Part shown: positions 23,744 to 33,876 of the stretch, piece by piece | Position numbering within the stretch: position 1 is the stretch's first letter | Layout: the number at the start of each line of letters is the position of its first letter | NCBI RefSeq assembly: GCF_046119375.1 | Contig: NW_027362761.1 | Coordinates: 550,684,001 to 550,748,000, forward strand | Reading direction: 5' to 3' | Source: Phyllobates terribilis | Taxonomy: Eukaryota | Length of the DNA stretch: 64,000 nucleotides | Made by a program: the position numbers and the translations under genes | The notes under the pieces: generated by a model | Databases searched by the model: none | Told to the model about the DNA's origin: nothing | Seen by the model: only the letters and a program-made list of their open reading frames with translations

Positions 23744-24598
23744 TTAATCTTTTTTTTGGAACTTAATTTTTATTTATTTTACAAAAGCTAAATACAAAGG
23801 ATGGCATGCTGTGAGTTTCTGCATACCATCAAGCTTTGAATGACGCAGTAAGCATACAGATTGAGCAGATAACAGGAAGTACAACAATAACAAAAAATGC
23901 TAAAATGAAGGTCAACATTTGAAATAATGATTTACCACTGTGAAACTAAACACTACCACAGTAACGTCCATTAATCAAGTTGATGAGAAATGTGTGCATA
24001 CGCAAACCATTTGGACCATTTATAAGTAAATGAGGGAAGGTTCCACATTGTAAGCTGCTCCACAAAGCAATTATTTTGAGCCACTGCTACACTTCAGGTA
24101 AGAGTTAATTTTTCCAGCTTTTAACTACTGGTTCTCTGCAAACCATTAGCACATGTGAGACAATAGTTGCATCAGGTATTAGAAGGTCTTTCAATATTAA
24201 AGAGAGCAGGGCTACACAGAGGGGGTGTATGTTAATTGCAGCTTAATTAGACAAGTTATCTACAGTATGTCCAGAAGGAGCTAGTCCGTGGGCAGTCCCA
24301 CCATACATGTATGAGTGTAAGTACTCCACCACTACACCTTCAACATACAGTATGTTAGATACCTGCAGATATATTTTAGCCAGTCAATGTGAGTATAGTA
24401 CCACCTATATAATAGTTTTCTGGTAGTCTCCAACTGATTTGCACACCAAACTGTAGTAGAGCTAAGGGAAAATATAGATACACATTATTCTTCACTAAAT
24501 CTCTGGTGCAGATTACTTTCCCACACATTCTGGTTTGTTGTTTGTCAAAAGATTTTGGATCCATTTTTTGCTATGGCCTTAATAAGTTGTCTAGTGAC

Positions 24599-25230
24599 TG
24601 TTACACACCTGTCTCAGATCTGTACTTTGCTCCCCTCTCCCGGGATTGCTGTTGTGCTCCGTTTCAGGCTTTGCAGGTGGCCTGGCATGCTCCCATTTGA
24701 TTGTCTGCCTGGGCTTACATAAAGCCTACCAAGAGACTCACCTGTGCCTTGGTATTAAAACTTTTAGTGTTCCTGAGTCCTGTCAACCTGCAGCCTTCAG
24801 TACCTCTGCTATCTTCTTCCCTGTCTCCTGTCTGCCTCCAGCTTCTAATACCGCTGCTGCATGCTTACCGGTCTGTTGTCCGCCTGCAGCTTCCAGTACC
24901 TCTGCTACCTGATCTGATTGCCAGTTTCCTGTCTGCCTGCAGCCTCCAGTACCTCTACTACCTGCTTCATGGTCTCCTGACTGCCTGCAGCTTCCAGTAC
25001 CTCTGCTACCTGCTTCATGATCTCCTGACTGCCTGCTGCCTCCAGTACCTTTAATACCTGCCTCCCAATCTCCTGTCTGCCTGATGCCTCTAGTGCTTCT
25101 TCTACCTATTTTGTATGTGCCTCACCTGCCTGCTGTACCAGCGCCTGTGGCCCATATGCCCACCACTTTTGCTTGGAGGATCAACCTCACCAGGTGAGCC
25201 AAAAGAGGATCCAAGTAAAATACCTCAAAG
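24599..25230 (+). repeat. LTR-like segment containing a 48-bp tandem repeat (about 6 copies, ~24790-25100)
   Basis: Unit CTGCCTGCAGCTTCCAGTACCTCTGCTACCTGCTTCATGATCTCCTGA. The segment starts TGTTACA. Outer boundaries uncertain. Confidence 0.55.
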
Positions 25231-26728
25231 TGGGAGAGTGAGGTCCCTGCATGCCATTGTAAGGATCTGAAAAAGTGTTTCATTTGTAAGTACTTTTAAA
25301 AGTCATGTTTAGTGATTACAAACATAGACATTATGGTTTAAAAGGGTAAGAGTGAATTTTCTTTACTAATTGTGCAAAGGGTTATTTTGTCTCACGAGAT
25401 GCAGGATCCAAAATCAGAGTCCAGTAAAAACACTTGAACTGATTTCAGTGGGACTGCAGTGAATCCCAATAGTGTCTGGTTGGGGGAAGATCTGCATCAT
25501 ATGTTTAATCCTGATTGTATGGTAGGAAAAATGTTCTTTACTTATCAAATTCTTCAGCTGTGTCATAGAAATACATTGTAGAATTGCTGCTTACATTACC
25601 ACCCAGCTCTTTGGAAGTGTCGTTAATCCACAAAGTGTTAGTGTGATTTGAAATGGTAGACTTGTAATAATTGAGTGTGCAGGCACAAACCAAACACCCT
25701 TTGTTAACTTGAAACTAGTATTAAATATTTTAGGCTACTCTTGTCCTTTGATTTGTTTTAAATCTAGTTTAAACTTAGCCTTTGCATTTTAAGTAGAGTA
25801 TTGGACGGAATAGTGTTAGGGAGGTTTCATAAGAAATGCAGAATCTTGGTGAGGATCATCATAATAATTGTACCTATTCAGCTTATCATAAAGATAGGAA
25901 ACCATGAGTATAAATGGAGGTCTTTATGGATTTTCATTATCTAGCTTGTGTTTTTACTGGAGGAAAAGATTCATCCAAAGGATAATGGATTTAGTAGCAT
26001 TACCTTTATAATTAATAGTTTCTAAAGAGTGATTCAGAGCCTTAGCTACTTATGTCAGGGACCTCTCAGGTGATGAACTGTGGATGAGAACATCATCTGC
26101 AAATAATCTGACACATTGATCAGTGGAAACAATATTTATGGCAGAAATATCTACTGATAATCATCTATGTCGAGTAAGGGGACACAATATAATCACAAAA
26201 ATGAATGGGAACTATAATTACCCCTGATGTTTCCCATTGGAAATCTTGAAATTAGATGTTAAGTTTCCGAATGTGTAAACTATGGCAGATGGACAGCACT
26301 AAAGGACCATAATAGCTCTAATAAAAGAATACAAATTTACTAAGTACTTCCTTTGGGTTCACTCTGTCAAACACCCTCTCTGCATCTAAAGAAAGGAGCA
26401 TGGTAGGTGCTCAACTCACAGCCACCGCCAACTAGACATTCAAAAATGACCAGTCCCATCAAAGGTCTGCCTACCTTCATAAACCACATCTGAACTCTAA
26501 TAAATATTGTCAGGAGAATGTCAAGTAAGCGGTTGGCTAACAAGTAATAATTTGAGGTCTGATTTCAGCAACGAAATTGGCTTAAAATTATGAGGCAAAT
26601 CTAATATGCAAATTGCCTCTTCAGAGAAAAAGAGGACTTGAACTCGATAGCGCCACCTATTGGAAGCAGCGATCCTACGAGTCACAATCAACCCTTTAAT
26701 GAGTCGTGCAATGTGACTTAGGATAAAA

Positions 26729-26810
26729 GCCAAATCAGAATCTCAATTTTCAGACACAGTGTTTTGTTCTGTTGGCCCTCATCAGTGCAAAGTATGAGAA
26801 CTGATTTGGC
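26729..26810 (-). ncRNA. Type I hammerhead ribozyme motif, copy 1 (core mutated)
   Basis: Minus strand: GCCAAATCAG-TTCTC-ATAC-TTTGCA CTGATGA GGGCCAACAGAAC AAAAC ACTGT GTC|TGAAAA-TT-GAGA-TT-CTGATTTGGC. The GAAA core reads AAAA. Confidence 0.72.
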
Positions 26811-26937
26811 TAGATGAGAGGCTCTGGACTGAGGTCTAAGGGGTAACGTTTCTCCTTGTGGAGAGTGACATACCGGCTCTGGCATGTCAAGGTAAGGAGA
26901 CTCATTCGCCGTGCAATGCTCCTCTGGGAAATTTAAT

Positions 26938-26945
26938 ATGCAAAT
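26938..26945. promoter_or_regulatory. Octamer motif ATGCAAAT (also at 26606-26613)
   Basis: Exact match, once per 332-bp unit. Function not shown. Confidence 0.5.
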
Positions 26946-27060
26946 TGCCTCTTCAGAGAAAAAGAGGACTTGAACCCTAAAGCGCCACCTATTGGAAGCA
27001 GCAATCCTACAAGTCACAATCAACCCTTTAACGAGTCGTACAATATGACTTAGGATAAAA

Positions 27061-27142
27061 GCCAAATTAGAATCTCAATTTGCAGACACGGAGTATCGGG
27101 TTGTTGGTCCTCGTCAGTGCAAAGTATGAGATCTGATTTGGC
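27061..27142 (-). ncRNA. Type I hammerhead ribozyme motif, copy 2 (core mutated)
   Basis: Minus strand: GCCAAATCAGATCTCATACTTTGCA CTGACGA GGACCAACAACCC GATAC TCCGT GTC|TGCAAATTGAGATTCTAATTTGGC. Stem I TTTGCA/TGCAAA is perfect, but GAAA reads GATA. Confidence 0.72.
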
Positions 27143-28779
27143 AAGATGAGAGGCTCTGGAATGAGGTCTAAGGGGTAACGTTTCTCCTTGTGGAGAGTGA
27201 GGCAAATCTAGGGATTTTTACAGTTTGGGGCTTTTTAAGAAAGATAACTGAAGCAGTGATTTAATTGGAGGCACATTGACAGACACAGACAGAAAAGGAC
27301 TCCAAGTCATATGGGCCCTTTGCAATCCAATAACTTATCATAATGCACAGTTCCATCTGCCTTGGCAGTTGCAATTCACCCCCTTTGGGCCCTGTGCAGT
27401 TGCACAGGTTGCACCATTGATATGTCCACCCTGATTGAAGGGCCTGGTCAAGAAATGTGGTAAAATGGATCCAGAGGATTTTTGGAAATCACTGGAGATC
27501 CAGTTAGAACCAGGACATTTGCTATAATACTTAGCCTATTGCTTTTAGTATCTATTTTTAGTGGACTGTTTACTTGAATGAAAACTCATAGTCGCAACAA
27601 TTTGATTTAAAAATGCCCCTTATTTTCTCCATATCTGGTACTGAAGTTTAAGGGACCAAATCGAATTATATAATGTAGAGCAATATTCAGTAAAATGGTC
27701 TCCTCTGGCTTTAGGATGTTGGAATGAATTGCCTTTATGCAGCAAAAAGGGATCCTAGACTTGGTGCAAGGAGCTAGATTTGTTCTCATACTAATATAAT
27801 TAATTTTTAACAGTCATAAGGCTAAGTCTTTTTATAAAAATTAATTTCATGTAAATGAGTGTATTTTAAAAATGGCTAAAGCTCTTGAAGCAGAGAAAGG
27901 CTCTTTAATTTTATCTATATAGATCAGCAAGTTGGTTGGGACTGTAAAGTGATGTGTGCGTGAGCTGCCTATTTCGCTTGTCAAATGAAGCTTCCTCTCA
28001 TTGTGGCCTTCATAAACCTTAATGAACTGGATAAGCAATGTGGGGCAAGGCCATGAAAAGACTTTACTATACTACAAACATTCATATCCATGATGCTTAT
28101 AGAAAAGTTGTTGGTGAACATACACATAGGTTACTAAGTGCAATAGGTCAAAAAACACATCAATAAAAAGTACATAGTCCAGGAAAGTAAATAGTTACAA
28201 AGGAGCATCACAGCAATAGGCATAGAAGAAAGAAAAACCTTCTCTTGAGTTTAAACATACGGGCACAGAGGCAGCTCAGAATCCAAAAACTGGAAGTCAT
28301 CATGAGCTAGGATGAACCTAGTAGAGAAAACAAACTCATAATAGAAAACATGGAATGTTATTTAGAAACCTAAAATCCATCAAGGCTATTTGTCAGTAAG
28401 ATAAAATGCAGCTGAAAGTCTATGAGGCTAGGTCTCTAAATGTAGAGGATGATAACATGACTCGATTATCTCACCTTGACTGATTTAAATAGTCCTCTGC
28501 TTTCTGTAGGTCACTGTCATCCTCTCTTTGGGCAAATAGTCAGGGGAGCACCTTATATTCTACATGCCATGATGCTCCTACGGTTTAAGCTTTCATTCCA
28601 TACATAGACACAGTAAAAGGCAACAGTTTTCATGCCATTCTTCGAAATGATTAACTCAACTGAGAAGCCTCATTTACACTCTATATTGTTGTTACGTAAG
28701 ACCATGTTTTTGTTTTTTTGTTTTTTTAACGGCCTTCGGCTCAATCTTGAGCCTTAATGAGTTGATGGATAATGATGAG

Positions 28780-30663
28780 TGTAACATCCCTGGTGGCATG
28801 CTGGCATGGTTTACCACCTCCCACCATGCAAGACCGCCATCTTACCTATCAATCCAGGCTGCACACTTTGCTCCAGTACCTGCTGTGTCTCTTGTCTAAT
28901 TGCTTAGGGCGCGGCGTGGCTACTGCCTGATTCTTATAGTTACTGTGTGCACACTCCTAATGCCTCCCCAGCCTATTGCTGTGAGTCACTGGATACTTAA
29001 ACCCCCTCCACCCTGTAGGGGGTTCCTGAGCAACACTTTCATTCAGTGTGTTCTGTGCAACTGAGTTGCCAGGTCCTTTCCTGTATCTTGTCTGTTCCGC
29101 CACCCTTGGGGCTGTATACCCAGGCATGTTTCCTGTATCTGTGACTTCTAGTCTGTTTCTGCCACCCTGGGGGCTGAGTTCCCAGGCTCGTTCCTGTATC
29201 TTGTTCCTGGTTCAGTTCCTGTCTGAACAGTGTCCTAGCCCGTTACCTGTTTGTCTCTATGTCTGAACCTTCCCTTTTCCTGCAGTGTCTGAACCTGCAC
29301 CTAACTCCAACTCGTTGTCTCTGTACTTCTGTTTGTGAGTTTAGTGTCCACTCGCTACTTCATTGTAAGTACCTTGTGTGTATCTGGTTCTGCTTGTCCC
29401 GTTTCCCTCCCTCAGTATCTACCTCCTGTGTTCTAACTATCTTCCTGTATTTTCCAGTCTGTTCCATGTGAACAGAGCCCTGTCCTGTCTGCCTGCACCT
29501 TCTGCTCTGTTCTGCTCTGCTTGTTCACCGCACCAGTGGGTTTTGTTCTGCTCTGCTCTGCTTGTTCACCTCACTTGCGGTTCCGCTCTGCTCTGCTTGT
29601 TCACCGCACCTGCAGTTCCGCTCTGCTCTGCTTGTTTACCGCACCTGCAGTTCCGCTCTGCTCTGCTTGTTCACCGCACCTGCGGTTCCGCTCTGCTCTG
29701 CTTGTTCACCGCACCTGCGGTTCCGCTCTGCTCTGCTTGTTCACCGCACCTGCGGTTCCGCTCTGCTCTGCTTGTTCACCGCACCTGCGATTCCGCTCTG
29801 CTCTGCTTGTTCACCGCACCTGCGGTTCCGCTCTGCTCTGCTTCTTCACCGCACCTGCGGTTCCGCTCTGCTCTGCTTGTTCACCGCACCTGCAGTTCCG
29901 CTCTGCTCTGCTTGTTCACCGCACCTGCGGTTCTGCTCTGCTGTGCTTGTTCACCGCACCTGCGGTTCCACTATGCTCTGCTAGTTCACCGCACCTGCGG
30001 TTTTGCTCCGCTTTGCTTGTTCACCGCACCTGTGGTTTTGCTTCGCTCTGCTTGTTCACCGCACCTGCGGTTTTATTCCGCTCTGCTTGTTCACTGCACC
30101 TGCGATTTTGCTCCGCTCTGCTTGTTCACCGCACCAGCGGTTTCGCTCTGCTCTGCTTGTTCACCACACCGGCGGTTTTGCTCTGCTCTGCTTGTTCACC
30201 ACATCAGTGGTTTCACTCCGCTCTGCTGTCCACCGCACCTGCGGCTCCGTTCCTGTGTCCCAGTCTGTACTGGTCCCTATCCTGCCTGCGTTCCTACCTG
30301 CCAGTACCCGCCTGTCTGCATGCCAGCCGTGCCTGCCAGTGCCCACCTGTCTGCATATCTGCCGTGCCTGCCAATACCCACCTGTCTTCATATCAGCCGT
30401 GCCTGCCAGTACCCACCTGTCTGTATGCCAGCCTAACCTGCCTGTTCCTGCATTCCCCGGTGTGGGTCAACAGCTGTGACCAGGGTCTGACCTGGAGTAG
30501 CACCTGGTCCCTCTGCTCGGTTCCTCCCATTTTCACGGAGTCGACTGAGCTGCCTTGTGACCTTGGTCGGACCAAGTTGATACTTAGTTACGCCCCTCCA
30601 GGCACTCTTTGGTTCAAGGTCCAGTGGGATCACTAATCAATCTCACGCCAGTCAGTCAGGGCA
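28780..30663 (+). mobile_element. Solo LTR (1884 bp) with internal VNTRs
   Basis: TG...CA termini with a perfect 5-bp TSD ATGAG (28775-28779 and 30664-30668). No coding sequence inside. Confidence 0.85.
29495..30245. repeat. 35-bp minisatellite, about 21 copies
   Basis: Unit TCACCGCACCTGCGGTTCCGCTCTGCTCTGCTTGT. A second 35-bp unit (GCCGTGCCTGCCAGTACCCACCTGTCTGCATATCA-like, about 4 copies) follows at ~30290-30430. Confidence 0.97.
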
Positions 30664-30719
30664 ATGAGTAGAAAGATCGATCTTGTGCAAGCCTAGATAG
30701 GTTTACTAGGGTCTTCTCT

Positions 30720-31830
30720 GGCGTTATTTTGATAGTGTCAAGCTATCGAGTTGCTGCTCCAGCGATTTTAGTTCCTTCTTTTTCGGCAAGTTCAGTCTTC
30801 CTGAAAATACCTTCTGAATTGAAGAAAATTGTGACAGGATGTAGTCTTGTCTGATGCCTCACACTACTTTGAACCATGCCATATCACCATGTTCCGTTTG
30901 GACTGTTGTTTCTTGGTTGATATAGAGGTGCCTAATGAGGCTGATCAGGTGATTTGGCACACCTATATCCTTCATGGTATTTCAAAATTTCTTGTGATCA
31001 ACTCGGTTGAAGGCTGTGCAGTAGTCGATGAAGGAAACATAGATCTGATTGTTGCATTCTTTGGCCTTTTCTATTATCCATCTAATGTTAGCAATCACAT
31101 CTCTTGTTCCTCTGCCTTTTCTGAATCCTGCTTGTTCCTCTGGCAGTTTGTCAAAGTAAGGCTGTAACCATCTTTGTAGTATCTTCAATAGTATTTTCCT
31201 GGCATGAGGTATGAGCGCAATAGTCCAATAGTTAGTTTCCACAGTTGGCAGCATCTCCCTTCTTTGGAATAGGACCATAGTATGGAATTCTTTGGAATAA
31301 GACCAAGGTACTAGTGCTGAATTTTCATCTCTCAGCATGAGTTGCTGCAGACAGATCACCAAAATTCTAAATATTTTAAAAACTTTCAAGCAAAGTCAGT
31401 TGCTTTCTGACCTTTTCCAGTATTTTCTCTTTAATATGGCAAAGTGAATATGAGTTATTATATCTCTAGAAGACAAAGAGTTTGGTATAGGCAGCCTATG
31501 TGCCCTACAATGGTCAAGAAATCAGAGAGGAATTATTTTAGGTCCTGTTTTCACCATTTCCAGGGTTCCCTCAGTCCTCTATTATTCCACCTAGGGTGGT
31601 CTACTATATCAGCATTTTTTGCTTTTTAGGCTGCTATTTCATCCTTGACCAAGTTAGCCCCATCCATTATTTCATTACAAGCTGTGGTGATTTCAGCCAT
31701 TTGTTCTCTCTGTGGGATGTGTGATTCTCCAGAGATGTGATTTCTTGCTGTAACTTCAGAAACGCAGAATATAGGTAATTCTAAATAGAGACTTTTAAGT
31801 CTGTAAATAAGGGTCTCATGACTGCTTTAG
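30720..31830 (-). mobile_element. Degenerate RTE-clade (BovB-like) LINE reverse-transcriptase fragment
   Basis: ORF 30982-31389 reads NYWTIALIPHARKILLKILQ...QAGFRKGRGTRDVIANIRWIIEKAKE...FIDYCTAFNRVDH (RT domains 1-3). Outer boundaries approximate. Confidence 0.8.
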
Positions 31831-32233
31831 AGTCTGAATTATTGTTATTCCCTCCCACGAATGCTGAAGCATTAGGAGGGAGACATACTATCTGGATTAT
31901 TGGCTATTTCTCTGACCTTTTTTGCTTGTTTTTTTTTTTCATCCATCCCACTGTAGCCTCTAACTGTGAAATAAACAGTTGGGAAATGTCTGACATTATT
32001 GATATTGGGTAAGAATATGGAGACATTGTGGCAGAGTTTTCTACTCTAACAGATGTAGAAGAGGTTGAGCTGTCATCGGTGATTAAATCTTCATGAACTA
32101 TTGTTGCCAGGTAGGAAGTGCAATATGGACAGGAGTGTTCTATTGGGAAAATGTTTGAACTTTAGAGGGCTCTTCTTGTTCTGCTGGATCATGCAGTCAC
32201 CTTTTATGCTTTATTCATATGAAATCTTATTAA

Positions 32234-32753
32234 AGAAGTTGTCCACTACTTTATATGACCCCCCCAATGTATCCCCCCGGGGCCCAGAAGTGTTTTTGTA
32301 AATACCTTGCGGTGCCTTTTCTGCCTCTGAGCGGCGCTATCACTGGCCGCTCAGAGGCATCAAGTGACCCGTCACTGACGCGCTCCCCGTAGTGGATGCT
32401 GGGCTGTGGCAGGATTACCCCGTGCGTCACACCCAGCATCTACCGCGCGCTTTCTCAGTGAATGAGGAGAGGGAGAGCGTGCGGTGGATGCCGGGTGTGA
32501 TGTACTGGTAACCCCTCCCACAGCCCAGCAGCCACCCTGGAACGCAGAAGTGAGTACCCCCTGTTACAGCCGGAACTTGTCGTGACATTAGCGGATGTCA
32601 GAGCCGGCTGCAGCCGGGGGTCACGTGATGCCTGTGAGCGGCCAGTGATAGCGCCGCTCACAGGCAGAAAAGGCACCACAAGGTATTTAGAGAAACACTT
32701 ATGGGCCCTGGGGGGATACATTGGGGGATCATATAAAGTAGTGGACAACCCCT
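32234..32753. mobile_element. TTAA-flanked palindromic MITE (Kolobok / T2-MITE type), 520 bp
   Basis: TTAA at 32230-32233 and 32754-32757. TIR GTTGTCCACTACTTTATATGA with long inverted arms; mirror-image ORFs appear in the track. Confidence 0.9.
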
Positions 32754-33876
32754 TTAATTGTGTGGATTCTATAGAGGAAAACCAAAAAGAATTCCATAAT
32801 AATTTACAAGGCGTTTAAGCCTCTGTGGCAAAGATGAGAGAGACTGTGCTTACAATGATCTTTATCCAACTGCTTCACCAAACACAACCTTACAGTGTGT
32901 CAAAGCTCAAAAAAATCTTGGCTAATTAAAACTGAAGGCTGAAGCCATAACCTCTAGAGAGGTCTCTGAGAGCAAAATGTTTCCAAAGTACTCTTTGTGT
33001 TCCGTGGTAGTGCCAGCTATCAGATGTTTCTTTGCAGAAATTCCTAGAATTTTTGAGTGGCCAAACAGGACGATGTGCTGCTGAAAAGATCTTTTATGCA
33101 GCTAAAAAAACATTGATGTCACTCGACAAACAAGCATTTTGCAAGTTCTTAGTTGATCGGCAGCCTGTTTACAGTGCACGATTATCGTGAAATGAGCATT
33201 CCTAGAAATGCTCATTCACGATGATTAAGCAGTGTAAATTGACCTTTAACCTATTAACATGTGCCAGTTATTGTGTTTTATATTCTTTCCAGTGCACTTT
33301 ATTGGATTGCCTTTTCTTAATTCGGACCTAGCTATTGATTGACCATGGTGTGGGAGTAATTCTATTATTATTGCTCCAATATTGACCTTTAAGGGTATGT
33401 GCCCACAATGCAGATTTGAAGGAGAAATTTCCTGAGCGTTTTTGTCTTTCCCTGGCAGAAAAAAACACATGCAGATTTACATGCATTTTTGACGCCTTTT
33501 TGAGTATCAATGAATGATTTTTGGAGTTAAATAAAGTTGGCAGGACATTGCTTAAGCCCTTGGATTACCATAAGAGTTGGGGTGAGTATATTCGTTCCTT
33601 TAAATTATTAACCACCTTGTCGGTTGTATTTCAAATAAAGTGTTTACACTGTGTCTGTCTGTTTCTTTACTTTGTTAGATCTGATTGACGCCTTGACATC
33701 ACCAAACAAAAGAGCTGGGTGTCAGCTAGTCCCATTCACCCAATCTTTGTCAGCATTCACGTAATTTATGCGACTGCTGTGAGATGTTTTCATAGAATCA
33801 TAGAATCATAGAATGGTAGAGTTGGAAGGGACCTCCTGGGTCATCTGGTCCAACCCCCTGCTCAAAGCAGGATTCT

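Larger units (their letters stand above)
26604..27197 (-). mobile_element. 332-bp tandem repeat (~1.8 units) with hammerhead motifs; retrozyme / satellite-2-like
   Basis: Period of 332 bp (octamer at 26606 and 26938; GAGAGTGA at 26861 and 27193). A 13-bp direct repeat TGAGGCAAATCTA flanks it (26591-26603 and 27198-27210). Confidence 0.8.

Noticed and set aside
26805-26900. Candidate snRNA PSE (CTCTCATCTAG or GTCTCCTTACC on the minus strand)
   Set aside because: Only partial matches to a degenerate consensus, so not claimed.
28470-28530. Minus-strand AAG|GTGAG donor preceded by DDSDLQKAEDYLNQS
   Set aside because: Weak acceptor and too short to support without expression data.
29378-30636. 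Cys/Leu/Ala-rich ORFs of 352 and 371 aa (keratin-associated- or metallothionein-like)
   Set aside because: They are translations of the 35-bp VNTR, open in all three frames, inside a TSD-flanked solo LTR.
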